Shown in pieces: positions 1-9,485 of a stretch of DNA of 64,000 bases (its first letter is position 1; each line of letters starts with the position of its first letter). The position numbers and the translations under genes were made by a program. Under the pieces are notes generated by a model. That model searched no databases. It was given only the letters and a program-made list of their open reading frames with translations, and had not been told where the DNA came from. The DNA comes from Acidobacteriota bacterium (GTDB lineage: Bacteria > Acidobacteriota > Thermoanaerobaculia > Multivoradales > Multivoraceae). The stretch lies in the NCBI GenBank assembly GCA_003388555.1, contig QQVD01000068.1, positions 150,633 to 214,632 of the forward strand, given 5' to 3'.

Positions 1-1804
1 CGGTGAAGCGGCTCTGCCTCTCCTCGTGCACCGACAGCCCCTCGGTCAGCCAGCGCGGGATGCGGTTGTCGGTGACCCCCAGGGTGAAGGTGTGGGCGAG
101 CTCGTGCCAGAGCGTCGTGCCCCAGTTGAAGTCGCCGGGGCCGCGCGCCGAGGGGGAGTCCATCGCCACCAGCGAGCCGAACGAGACGCCGAGGGCGCCG
201 AGCCCCTCGAGGCCCACGGTGCGCACCGAGAAGTCCTGGTGGTCCGAGAACACCTCGATGCGGATCGGCTGCTGCGGCTCGAAGCGGTAGCGCTCTCTCA
301 GGGTGGTGTATGCCTCGGTGACGAGGGACTCGACGTAGGGCACCAGCAGCTCCGCGTCCCGGGTGTCGACGACGACCTCGAAGCGCGCGCCGGCGGCCTC
401 GAAGCGCGAGGTCACGAAGTCGTCCATCTCGTCCAGCAGGTCGAGCGTGTTCTTGTTCCAGACGTGGAACGGATCGGCCGCGAACGCCTTCTCGAGGTCG
501 CCGCGGCCGGCCTGCATCTCGCCCAGCCGCAGGCGGTTCATGCCGCGCAGACCGAGCGCCCTCCACGACTGCGGGTCGATCTCGACGCCCCGATCCGCGA
601 AGTCCCGCGCCTCGACGTAGAGACGGTTCTGCACGCTGGTCTCGGCGAGCTGGCTGTAGAAATCGGCGTACCGCGGGCTCCACTCCAGCACCTGGCTCTC
701 CTGCTCCCGGAAGCCGTCTCGATCACCCTGCAGGAAGAGAGCCGCCGCGAGTACCGAGCGCGCCGGCAGCGAGCGCGGATCACGCTCGAGAGCGCGACGC
801 GCCGTCGCCTCGGCCTCTTCGTGGTCCTCGAGCTCGAGCAGCAGCCGGGTGCTCAGCACCAGGGCAGGCACCGAGCCGGGATCGAGCTCGAGCACCCGGT
901 CGACCGCCGCCCTGGTGCGCGGATCACCGTCGAAGTGGCGCAGCTCGGCGAGCGCGAGCAGCACCTCGGGGTGGTCGGGATCGATGCCCATCGCCTGTTC
1001 GATCACCGGTCGCGCCTGACCGCTGTCGTACTTCTCGACGAAGAGCGCTCCCATGCGCCAGAGCGCCTCGAGGTGCCCGGGGGAGGCGTTGAGCGCCTCG
1101 TCGAGCGCCTTGACCGCGTCCTGGAACAGGTTGGGGTCGGTGCCGCCCAGCAGGCGGCAGGCCCGGCCCACCGCCACCAGCTCGTCGGCGTCGAGCCGAT
1201 CGCGCTGGTTGTAGAAGTCGATCAGTCGGAACCACAGCTCGTGCGCCGCCTGGCGGTCTCCGTCGCGCTCCCGTGCCAGGCCGAGCTCGACGGTGGCGGA
1301 GAGCGCCGCCGCGCTGCCGGTGCCGGCGGTGTTCGCCAGCAGCGCTTCGGCCTCCTGCCAGCGTCCGAGGGCCTCGAAGGCGAGGGCCCGGGCGAGTGCC
1401 AGCCGATCACGCTCGGCGCCCACAGGCAGATCCGCAGCGTCGCCCTCCAGCCACTCGGCGCTGCGCTCGAGGATCTCCTCGTGCCGGCCCAGCCGGCGCA
1501 GCAGCTCGAGCTGGCGCAGGCGGTCGCCGGGCGACGGCTCGTTCAGGCCCTGGAGCCGCTCGAGCTCGGCGCGGTACGCGGCGCCGGCGGGCGGCAGGCC
1601 GGCGAGCGGGTCCTGCATCGCCAGCTCGAGTCCGGCAGCGGCCTCCTCTTCGTCCTGGCCGAGCAGCGGCTGCGCCGTCCACCACGAGCCCGCAACGACG
1701 ATCAGCGCGGCGATCAGCGGTGCGACCGAGGCCGACGGCCTCGGCCCACGGGCGCAGCGACCGGCAATCGCCTCGCGGTCGCGCCGCAGCTCGCCGCGCA
1801 TCAT
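1..1804 (-). CDS. TPR-repeat protein with C-terminal zinc metallopeptidase (HExxH...E, peptidase MA-like) domain; 3' end runs off window
   Basis: Manual reverse-complement translation from the ATG at 1802-1804 (ATGA overlap with the upstream gene's stop) gives MMRGELRRDRE..., a TM/signal segment, many TPR-like helices, and near the window edge ...TLWHELAHTFTLGVTDNRIPRWLTEGLSVHEE (HExxH then downstream E). The plus-strand ORF 26..1957 is its antisense shadow. The ORF track does not list it because it has no in-window stop. Confidence 0.6.
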   Translation of the reverse strand, partial: MMRGELRRDREAIAGRCARGPRPSASVAPLIAALIVVAGSWWTAQPLLGQDEEEAAAGLELAMQDPLAGLPPAGAAYRAELERLQGLNEPSPGDRLRQLELLRRLGRHEEILERSAEWLEGDAADLPVGAERDRLALARALAFEALGRWQEAEALLANTAGTGSAAALSATVELGLARERDGDRQAAHELWFRLIDFYNQRDRLDADELVAVGRACRLLGGTDPNLFQDAVKALDEALNASPGHLEALWRMGALFVEKYDSGQARPVIEQAMGIDPDHPEVLLALAELRHFDGDPRTRAAVDRVLELDPGSVPALVLSTRLLLELEDHEEAEATARRALERDPRSLPARSVLAAALFLQGDRDGFREQESQVLEWSPRYADFYSQLAETSVQNRLYVEARDFADRGVEIDPQSWRALGLRGMNRLRLGEMQAGRGDLEKAFAADPFHVWNKNTLDLLDEMDDFVTSRFEAAGARFEVVVDTRDAELLVPYVESLVTEAYTTLRERYRFEPQQPIRIEVFSDHQDFSVRTVGLEGLGALGVSFGSLVAMDSPSARGPGDFNWGTTLWHELAHTFTLGVTDNRIPRWLTEGLSVHEERQSRFT

Positions 1805-2871
1805 CAGCGCGACTCCCCGGTCGGGCCGGCGGCGTCCCCTTCGCGCTGGCGCAGCTCGCGATCGAGCTTGGCGATCTCGACCAGCACCCGCTGCAGCTCC
1901 TCGAGATACAGCGCGTCCGGCATCGACCCCTTCTGTCGTCGCAGCTGCTCGAGCTGACGGCGCAGCTCGCCGCGTCGCTGCTGCAGCGCCGCCACCTCGG
2001 GATCGTCGGAGGAGGCCTGCAGCGAGGCGGCGAGATAGAGCCGGCCGGCGAGCGCACCGTCGGCGGTGCCATCGGGACCGCCGAGCACGTCGGGCTCGGC
2101 GCTCCCGGCACCATCGCCGTTGTCGTCGAGCAGCGCCTGCTCGGTGACCAGCAGGTTCTCGTTCTCGTAGTGACGCGCCACCTCGCGCGCGGCGTAGCGG
2201 AACGCCTCCACCGCGGAGACCCGCCCGTCGCGATCCTCGTCGGCGCGGGCGCCGACGAAGGCATCGGCGAAGAAGCCCCCGAACAGCGTCTCGTTGCGCT
2301 GCGCCGCCGACTTGGTGGCGGTGATCACCACCCGGTCGGGCCCGGCGAGGGTGCGCAGGAACTCGCCGCTGGCGCTGGTCGTGTTGACGAAGACGATGCG
2401 CCGCCCCTCCAACCTCTCCAGCAGAGCGTCGAAGTCCTGGTCGCTCAGATCAGGACCGGGCAGGTTGACCTTCGACAGGCCGTCGCGGAAGTTGCCGTGA
2501 CCGATCAGCACCACCCAGACGGTGTCCCCTGCCGACGACTGCGACACCAGCTCGCCCAGGCGCTGCTGCACCGTCTCACGATCGGAGCGGCCATCGACGC
2601 TCGCCGAGCTGGCCGGCGATTCGGTGAGCACGGTGACCTGACCGTCGGCGAGACCGGCGGCCAGCGCTGCGGAGCGGATCTCGAGCGCCGACTCGAGGAA
2701 CGCCGACTCGTACTTCGGATCGCCCCCGAGACCGCTGATCACCAGCAGGTGTGTGCGCTCGGCGGCGGCGCCGCCGGCGCCGGCGAGCAGGAGGCAGACC
2801 GCCAGAGCGGCCGCGACGGTGGGTGGGCGGCGTGCGATCACGACAGCCCTCCGGTGCGACGCAGCGTCCAC
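1804..2871 (-). CDS. secreted legumain/peptidase C13-like (caspase-fold) protein with Ser in place of the catalytic Cys
   Basis: N-terminal signal peptide (VAAALAVCLLLAGAGGAAA). Alignment by eye to legumain: TVWVVLIGHGNF matches DHVFIYFTDHGSTG (His), and RIVFVNTTSASGEF matches KMVFYIEACESGSM with C replaced by S. C-terminal coiled-coil tail. Confidence 0.5.
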   Translation of the reverse strand: MDAASHRRAVVIARRPPTVAAALAVCLLLAGAGGAAAERTHLLVISGLGGDPKYESAFLESALEIRSAALAAGLADGQVTVLTESPASSASVDGRSDRETVQQRLGELVSQSSAGDTVWVVLIGHGNFRDGLSKVNLPGPDLSDQDFDALLERLEGRRIVFVNTTSASGEFLRTLAGPDRVVITATKSAAQRNETLFGGFFADAFVGARADEDRDGRVSAVEAFRYAAREVARHYENENLLVTEQALLDDNGDGAGSAEPDVLGGPDGTADGALAGRLYLAASLQASSDDPEVAALQQRRGELRRQLEQLRRQKGSMPDALYLEELQRVLVEIAKLDRELRQREGDAAGPTGESR

Positions 2872-5126
2872 TCACCGACCAGCAGACCGAGAAGCGCCAG
2901 GTAGAGGATCGGGGCGTTCCACAGATCGCGTTCTTCGCGCACCGTGACGCCGTCCTGCGAGTAGGTCAGGCGTTCCACCAGATCGGCGACCTCTCCGGGC
3001 TCGTGCACCCTGCCGCCGGTCTCCTCGGCGATCTGCGCGAGCAGCTCGCTGCGACGGCCGGAGCGGAAGAACTCCTCGTCGAGCTCGGCGGCGTCGACGA
3101 AGGCGATCGCGTTGCCGACCTCCTCGCCACCTCGGCGCGCCCGCAGCTCGACCCGGTGCATGCCCTCCTCCGCCACGGCCATCGAGCCACGGTAGAGACC
3201 GTCCTCGCTGACGCTCCACTCGAGGTCGACCTCGGACAGCTCACCCGATGGCGACTGCACCAACGCGACGACGCGGGCGTCGTTGATCTCCTCGAACTGA
3301 AGGTCCCGCACCCGACCGAGCAGCTCGACGATGGAGCCGACCTGCACCCGCGACGACGATGGCTGCACCTCGACGCGGTCCGGAACGTCGCTGACCAGCC
3401 AGCGCAGCACCTGACGCCAGAAGAGCTCGTGCGTCTGGTCCTCGAGCGGCATGCTCATCTGCCACTTCCACGAGTCCTGAGCGGTCATCGCCACCGAGCG
3501 TCCACGACCGTAGCGCTGGTGCGCGAGAACGATCTGCTCGCGGTCGTCTCCGTCGCCGGTGCCCACCAGCAGGCTCGAGGCGCCCGGCTTGAGACGGGTC
3601 ACCTGGTTGCGCGTCGACAGGGCCGGCAGCCGCTGCCACAGGTCTTCCCCACCCTGCTCCGCGGTCAGCTGCACCACCGGATGCCGACGCCCGAGAGCCG
3701 TGGGCTGCACCTTCATCACGGTGAAGAAGTCGCCCTGACTTCCCGGCGCCGGCAGAACCACCGGCACCACCTCGTCGACCGGCGTGCCGGCGTAGCCTCC
3801 CTCGCCGAAGGCGTTGCCGCCACCGAGGAAGAGCATGCCGCCGCCGCGCTTGCCGACGAAGTCCAGCAGCATGCGCATCTGCTCGTAGGTGAAGAAGCTG
3901 GCCTCGATCGAACCGAGCACCAGCGCCCGGTAGGCGAAGAGCTCCTCGCGGGTGCTCGGGAAGCCGTCCTGCAGCTCGTCGCCGGAGTCGACCGACAGCC
4001 GCGAGAAGCGGTTCTCCGCCAGTCGCACCATCGACACCAGCTGCAGCGCCTCGTCGCTGGCCACCGCTCGGCGCAGGAACGAGAACTCGTGCCGCGGCTC
4101 GCCCTCGAAGTAGAGGATCTTCTCTGCCGAGCCGGTGACCTCGACCAGGGCGACGCGGTGGTTGTTCTCGGCCAGCTGCTCACCTTCCAGCGGCGTCACC
4201 CGGAAGCGCAACGCGCGTGGTCCGGCCTCGCGCGGGGTGATGGTGAGACTGACCGCGGTCGGCTGTCCCGGCGGGCCGAGCTCCACCCTCTCGCTGGCGA
4301 TCAGCTGGCCCCCGTCGAGCACCGCCACCTCGACCGTCTCTCCAGTCGCTCCGCTGTGCTCGAGCAGCAGCTCGGCGCGCAGTGCGCTGCCTTCCAGGAC
4401 TCTCTGCGCCACCCGCACCTCACGCAGCTCGACGTCGCGCTGCCACAGCTCGCGGCCGAGCGCGATCGGGTGCACGGCGATGCCACGGGCGCGCAGCTCG
4501 AGCAGGCGCTCGGTGAGCTCGTCGCCACCTCCAGTCTGGGCTCCGTCGCTGATCAGCACGACGCCACTCAGAGGCACCCCCGCCATCTCCTCGGCCACCG
4601 TCGCCAGCCCGGCCTCGATCCGGGTCAGCGACCCCGAGAAGTCGAGCTGGGCAGGATCGTCGAGTCGCCGCGCATCGCGGGCGAAGGAGAACAGCCGGGT
4701 CTTGAACCGCTCGCCGAGGCGCACCATCAGCTCGCCGTCCGTCTGCAGGTTCGAACGCGCCCAACCGGCCCGGGTGCCGCGCTCTGCCGGAGGACCCGAG
4801 TCGGCGCCGGGCTGGTCGGCGATCGCCATGCTGCGCGAGTCGTCGACGAGCACCGCGACGAAGCTCTCCATCGGCGCGATCGCCTCGAGAACGAGGACCG
4901 GGTGCAGCAGGATCGCGGCCACCAGGGCGAGCGCGGCGGCTCGGATGGCGGTGAGCGGGAGGCGGAGGCGGCCCGGCACCGCGCGGGTGTAGCGCACCAG
5001 CACGAACAGCCCCGCGGCGATCAGCAGTCCGGCGACGACGAGACGCGCCGGCCCCGCCGCGAAGGCGAAGGAGCCCTGGTGCAGCAGCTCGCCGCGCACG
5101 CCGAGCAGAGCCTCGATCAGATCCAT
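2838..5126 (-). CDS. large membrane protein: BatA-like N-terminal TM region + VWA (MIDAS DDSRS) + class-I glutamine amidotransferase-like/ThuA-like domain
   Basis: 762 aa with two N-terminal TM helices, VLVDDSRSM ... VVLISDGAQTGG (VWA), then GGGMLFLGGGNAFGEGGYAGTPVDEVVPVVL (GATase1-like), and a C-terminal TM. Real codon-usage pattern, unlike the overlapping plus ORFs. Confidence 0.7.
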   Translation of the reverse strand: MDLIEALLGVRGELLHQGSFAFAAGPARLVVAGLLIAAGLFVLVRYTRAVPGRLRLPLTAIRAAALALVAAILLHPVLVLEAIAPMESFVAVLVDDSRSMAIADQPGADSGPPAERGTRAGWARSNLQTDGELMVRLGERFKTRLFSFARDARRLDDPAQLDFSGSLTRIEAGLATVAEEMAGVPLSGVVLISDGAQTGGGDELTERLLELRARGIAVHPIALGRELWQRDVELREVRVAQRVLEGSALRAELLLEHSGATGETVEVAVLDGGQLIASERVELGPPGQPTAVSLTITPREAGPRALRFRVTPLEGEQLAENNHRVALVEVTGSAEKILYFEGEPRHEFSFLRRAVASDEALQLVSMVRLAENRFSRLSVDSGDELQDGFPSTREELFAYRALVLGSIEASFFTYEQMRMLLDFVGKRGGGMLFLGGGNAFGEGGYAGTPVDEVVPVVLPAPGSQGDFFTVMKVQPTALGRRHPVVQLTAEQGGEDLWQRLPALSTRNQVTRLKPGASSLLVGTGDGDDREQIVLAHQRYGRGRSVAMTAQDSWKWQMSMPLEDQTHELFWRQVLRWLVSDVPDRVEVQPSSSRVQVGSIVELLGRVRDLQFEEINDARVVALVQSPSGELSEVDLEWSVSEDGLYRGSMAVAEEGMHRVELRARRGGEEVGNAIAFVDAAELDEEFFRSGRRSELLAQIAEETGGRVHEPGEVADLVERLTYSQDGVTVREERDLWNAPILYLALLGLLVGEWTLRRTGGLS

Positions 5127-5454
5127 CGGCAGCCGTCCTCTCGCCGCGACGTCGCAGCGTCTTCAGCGGCGCACGACGATCGTGGGGTCGAAGGCCACTC
5201 GGAGGCGCCCGGTCGCCTCAACGAGCGCCTCCGTTCGGTGGGGCCCAGGTCGGCGTCGCACGCCACGGGAGGGCGGCGGTCTGGAGATTGGCGTGTGGGC
5301 GGGGGCTCATCGGCGGTGGGCATTCGGAGAAGGGTCGCGATCGGCCATCCGGCCGCGTTCGAGGAGAGGACTGCGGCGCGTGGACGGTGCGGCAAGCGGC
5401 CGCGCGAGGTGGACGAGGAGGCTCGCCGGGTGCTTCTGCAGTTGGGAAGCTGAT

Positions 5455-5486
5455 GGGTGACTGGGTGACTGGGTGACTGGGTGACT
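5455..5486. repeat. perfect tandem repeat (GGGTGACT)x4 in intergenic region
   Basis: gggtgact gggtgact gggtgact gggtgact read directly at 5455-5486, between the start of the VWA gene (5126) and the DUF4159 gene (5551). Confidence 0.9.
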
Positions 5487-5550
5487 GGACAGGTGAGCCG
5501 ACGGGGCGATGGTGGCGGACCGGATGCTCGCGGAGCCTCAGCGCGTCGCC

Positions 5551-6618
5551 TCAGTGAGTCATCGCATAGACGATGGCATTGACGCCGATCTGGTAGGCGT
5601 AGGTCGAATACTCGAGCGGATAAAAGGGGTCCTCGGCCCACTCCCAGGCGTCGCCGAGATCGCAGTTCCAGTTGATCAGCACCATCAGGCGACGGTCCTG
5701 GTCGAAGATGCCGCGCACGTGGGGGACGAAACCGTCCTTCTCGTGAGTCCTGCCGCCCCGCCGGCCGAGACCGACGTTGGGCACCTGGACGAGGGTCTCG
5801 ATGTCGTAGAAGCCATGGAAGATCGGGTGGTCCATGTCGACTTCCTCGATCGGAAACTCCGGCAGAACGAGCTGGAATTCCTCCTCCAGGCGCCGCCACT
5901 CGGCGCTGCCCCAGAAGTCGTCGATCATCAGGAAACCGCCACTCAGCAGGTAGTTGCGCAGCCCCTCGCGCTCGCTCGCGCGCAGCGTCATCTTGCCGAC
6001 CTCCACCGCGTAGAGGAACGGATACTCGCGCAGCCTCGGGTCGTCGAGCAGCACCGGGTTCTCGCAAGGGTAGTGATCGAGACGATCCATCAGGCGCTCG
6101 ACGCCGAGGAGGAACTGGCGATCGGCCTTCGGATAGTCGACGCTCCACGAGGCGTAGCCGAAGGTCTCGAAGCCCGAGTAGGCGGCGCGCGAGAAGTAGA
6201 ACTCGTAGGGAGAGCCCGAAGGCCGTCTTCGCGGCGGGCAGTCGTCCAGCCGCTCGCCGGGGTCGGGCGGCGACAGCGGCAGGGCGAAGGGGTCGTAGCC
6301 GGCGATCCGCTCGCGCACGCCGGTCGCCGGAACCGCCGCCGAGGCGTCCGGGTACCGTCTGGCGGGCAGGATCTCCCGTCGCTCGTCGACGCCGCGAGGC
6401 TGCGCCACGGGAGCGGCCGAGGCGAGCGTCGATGCGAGGGGCGATCGCGTCGCGATGGCGCCCGCCACCAGAGTCGCCAGGCCGATCGCACCCAGTCCCA
6501 GCGCCACGACGAGCGAGGTCGGCGGCGCGTTCTGCCGCGACCGCTGCCTCGGGGCCGGACGGCCGCGGCCGTCGTCACTGGGGCGCGAGGCCCTGTGGGG
6601 CGCTGTGCGAGAGGTCAT
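5551..6618 (-). CDS. DUF4159 domain protein (Bat/VWA-associated), membrane-anchored
   Basis: PFLYAVEVGKMTL...LRNYLLSGGFLMIDDFWGSAEW...MDHPIFHGFYDIETL matches the DUF4159 pattern. The ORF track start (6855) adds an Arg/Cys-rich extension. The ATG at 6616-6618 (MTSRTAPHR... then TM LVVALGLGAIGLATLVAGAIA) is preferred. Confidence 0.7.
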   Translation of the reverse strand: MTSRTAPHRASRPSDDGRGRPAPRQRSRQNAPPTSLVVALGLGAIGLATLVAGAIATRSPLASTLASAAPVAQPRGVDERREILPARRYPDASAAVPATGVRERIAGYDPFALPLSPPDPGERLDDCPPRRRPSGSPYEFYFSRAAYSGFETFGYASWSVDYPKADRQFLLGVERLMDRLDHYPCENPVLLDDPRLREYPFLYAVEVGKMTLRASEREGLRNYLLSGGFLMIDDFWGSAEWRRLEEEFQLVLPEFPIEEVDMDHPIFHGFYDIETLVQVPNVGLGRRGGRTHEKDGFVPHVRGIFDQDRRLMVLINWNCDLGDAWEWAEDPFYPLEYSTYAYQIGVNAIVYAMTH

Positions 6619-6821
6619 CACCTTGGCAGTCTCTACGATGCTACGTCGACTTGCGTTGCCGAGCGAAATCGGAGCAGAAAGCTCGGAACGCACGCAGTCG
6701 AGGAGAGGTTCGCGTTCGATCGCGTCTCGATGGTTTCGATCGCTCGTTCGTCCGTGTGCGGCGGCGGGCGGAACAGAGCCGGCGGCGGCTCCTCGCCGCC
6801 GGACGTAACATAGCGGGCAAC

Positions 6822-7730
6822 ATGGCTGGCGCGCCCGAGCTTCCCTTCCGTCCACGCACTTCGTCTGGCATCGCCAGGCCGATGCTGGCCGCCGCCTGGT
6901 CGCTGGGGCTCCTGGCCCTCGCGGCGTCGCTGTCGAGCCAGAGGCGGGACTTCGTGGCTCCGGACCATTTCGATCGGCGCCCCGACCTCGAGGCGCACGA
7001 GCCCGACGAGCGCGACAGCGGCTCCTGGTTCAGCTTCGCGCGCGCCCGCTACGACAGCGAAGGCGGCCCGATGGAGTCCTTCTACGTCTACGACGGCCGC
7101 CTGTGGGAGCGCTGGGAGACCGACCATCCGCAGGCCGACGAGAACTTCGCCTTCCGGCTCGGGGAGCTCACCAAGATCGAGGTCAACCGTCGCTCGATCG
7201 TGCTCCGGCTGACCGACCCGAGACTGTTCGACTTCCCCTTCCTCTACTTCTGCGACGTCGGTTGGATGCGGCTCGACGACGCCGAGGCGCAGGCCCTCGG
7301 CGAGTACCTGCGGCGGGGCGGCTTCCTCTGGGTCGACGATTTCTGGGGCGAGGCCGAGTGGCGCGCCTTCGAGCGCGCCATGCAGCGCGCCCTGCCCGAC
7401 ACGCCCTGGGTCGAGCTGCCGATGGACCATCCCATCCTGTCGACTCTCTTCCCGCTCGACGGCGTGCCGCAGATCCCGGCCCGCGACTTCGCCGAGTACA
7501 TGCCGCACGATCCGCCCGAGATCCACCGCCAGCCGGCCTGGGGCATCCAGCAGGTGCGGCTGCGCGGCTACCTCGGCGAGGACGGCAGGCTGCTCGCCGT
7601 GGCGACGCTGAACACCGACATCGGCGACGGCTGGGAGCGCGAGGCCTACGGTGAGTGGTTCTTCGAGCGCTTCTCGTCGCGAGCCTACGCGGCGGGCGCA
7701 AACATCGTGCTCTACGCCCTCACCCACTGA
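6822..7730 (+). CDS. DUF4159 domain protein, paralog of 5551..6618, divergently transcribed
   Basis: FPFLYFCDVGWMRLDDAEAQALGEYLRRGGFLWVDDFWGEAEWRAF...MDHPILSTLFPLDG, the same motif set as its neighbour. Start chosen at ATG 6822 (MAGAPELPF..., then signal/TM MLAAAWSLGLLALAASL); an alternative ATG lies at 6881. Confidence 0.7.
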   Translation: MAGAPELPFRPRTSSGIARPMLAAAWSLGLLALAASLSSQRRDFVAPDHFDRRPDLEAHEPDERDSGSWFSFARARYDSEGGPMESFYVYDGRLWERWETDHPQADENFAFRLGELTKIEVNRRSIVLRLTDPRLFDFPFLYFCDVGWMRLDDAEAQALGEYLRRGGFLWVDDFWGEAEWRAFERAMQRALPDTPWVELPMDHPILSTLFPLDGVPQIPARDFAEYMPHDPPEIHRQPAWGIQQVRLRGYLGEDGRLLAVATLNTDIGDGWEREAYGEWFFERFSSRAYAAGANIVLYALTH

Positions 7731-7836
7731 CGCCCTCGCCTACTGACGGCCTCACCACTGGCGGCCTGACCACAGGCGGCCGCCACCGGCGCCTCGCGTC
7801 GACGGTCCGGGCGGAGCCTGTCGCGGCAGCGCCCGC

Positions 7837-9342
7837 TCAACCGAGAGCGCCGCGCTCCGCCTCGGTGTACTTCTCCGCCGACGCCAGGGTGGCGCGCCCG
7901 AAGGCCCAGGAGCGGATCGCCTTCATCTGCTCGTGCATGGTCTTCGACAGGGCGACGAAGCTGCTGGTGCTGCGGGTCACGTCCGACATGACGAACGGCC
8001 GGCCCTCGCTGTAGGCGTCGACCCGAGCCGACACCACCGCCTGCTCGATCTCGGCGCCGTTCCACCCGCGCGACGCGATCGCCAGCACGTCGAGGTCGAA
8101 CTGGTCGGGATCGGCGCCGTTGCGCTCGAGGTGGATGCGGAAGATGTCGCGGCGCTCGTTGGGGGTCGGCAGGTCGACGAAGAACACCTGGTCGAAGCGG
8201 CCCTTGCGGATCACCTCCGCCGGCAGCGCTGCGATGCGGTTCGCCGTCGCGGCGACGAAGATCATCGGCGGCTTCTCCTGCATCCAGGTCAGGAACGACG
8301 AGAAGACGCCGGTGCTGCTCGCCACACCGCCCTCGTCGATACCGAGGCTGTTCTCGATCTCGTCAATCCACAGCACCGCCGGAGCCAGCGATTCGGCGGT
8401 GCGGGTGGCACGGTCGAACGACGCCTCGGGCGAGCCGAAGAGCCCCGAGCTGACGAGATTCATGTCGAGCCGGAAGAGCGGCACCTGCCAGAGCGAGGCC
8501 ACCGCCTTGGCCGCAAGGCTCTTGCCGCAGCCGCTCATGCCCATCACCAGCATGCCCTTGGGAGCCGGCAGACCCTCGGCGATCGCCTCTCGCGAGAACA
8601 GCTTCTGGCGCCGCTGCAGCCACTCCTTGAGGTTCTCGAGCCCGCCCACCTGGCCGAGCTCGACCTTCTGGGGCACGAACTCGAGCAGGCCGGCCTTGCG
8701 AACCGCGTCCTCCTTGTCCTTGAACACTTCGGCGAAGATGCGGTCGCTGCTCAGGCCACGGGTGCGGAACACCCGATTCAAGGTGTGGCGCGCCTGGTTG
8801 AGGCTGAGGCCCTTGAGCGCGAACCCGAGCTGACGCACGCCCTCCTCGTCGAGCGACTGGTTGCCGTAGCCCGAGCGCACCGAGTCGATCAGGCGGGTCA
8901 GCTCCTCGTCGGTGGGAAGCCCGTCGTCGACCACCTTGACCTCCCGCTCCAGCATCGCCGGAAGCGTGCGCAGCTCCGGAGCGGTGAAGAAGAGGTAGCG
9001 CTCCTTGCCGTAGAGCTGACCGTAGGCCTCGCGCACCGCACGCACCACCTGCGGCCGGTCGAAGAAGGCCGGCAGGTCGTGCAGCAGGAAGATCTTCGGC
9101 TCACTGCCGCGCACGACCCGCGTCACGGCGTGCACCGGATCCAGGGTGCGCTGCTCTGGCGGCTCGTCGTCGAAACCCTCGCAGCAGCTCCAGGAGACCA
9201 CGGCGAGCTGCTGGTCGCGCAACAGGCGGCCGCTGAAGTGCTGCAGGGCGCGGCGCACCCGCTGCTCCTCCCACGACACGACGAAGGCCACCGGGTGTTT
9301 GCCGAGGAAGGCCTGCCGCAGCTGATCGACCAGGTTCTCCAA
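7837..9342 (-). CDS. AAA family ATPase (single AAA+ domain with about 250-aa N-terminal domain; Ycf46-like architecture)
   Basis: Walker A GMLVMGMSGCGKSLAAKA, Walker B VLWIDEIE, and sensor-2 region (arginine-finger-like) VIRKGRFDQVFFVDLP. 501 aa. Confidence 0.8.
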   Translation of the reverse strand: MENLVDQLRQAFLGKHPVAFVVSWEEQRVRRALQHFSGRLLRDQQLAVVSWSCCEGFDDEPPEQRTLDPVHAVTRVVRGSEPKIFLLHDLPAFFDRPQVVRAVREAYGQLYGKERYLFFTAPELRTLPAMLEREVKVVDDGLPTDEELTRLIDSVRSGYGNQSLDEEGVRQLGFALKGLSLNQARHTLNRVFRTRGLSSDRIFAEVFKDKEDAVRKAGLLEFVPQKVELGQVGGLENLKEWLQRRQKLFSREAIAEGLPAPKGMLVMGMSGCGKSLAAKAVASLWQVPLFRLDMNLVSSGLFGSPEASFDRATRTAESLAPAVLWIDEIENSLGIDEGGVASSTGVFSSFLTWMQEKPPMIFVAATANRIAALPAEVIRKGRFDQVFFVDLPTPNERRDIFRIHLERNGADPDQFDLDVLAIASRGWNGAEIEQAVVSARVDAYSEGRPFVMSDVTRSTSSFVALSKTMHEQMKAIRSWAFGRATLASAEKYTEAERGALG

Positions 9343-9485
9343 GCCGCTCTCCGAACAACGCTGCCGATGAATCGCACGGCATCCGCGAAGCGCCCACCCC
9401 GCGTGGGGTGCGATCCGGAGCCGGTCCAGGCGGCTATCTTGTCAGGTCACGCCTCCGACCGGCGGCGTGCATCGAGGTATACCCC

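Noticed and set aside
26-1957. 643-aa plus-strand ORF (and 1273..2904, 1293..2147, 1407..2264) over the first 3 kb
   Set aside because: The Leu/Glu/Arg/Val/His-rich composition is typical of the antisense strand of a high-GC gene. The minus strand encodes a motif-bearing TPR + HExxH protein and the C13-like protein.
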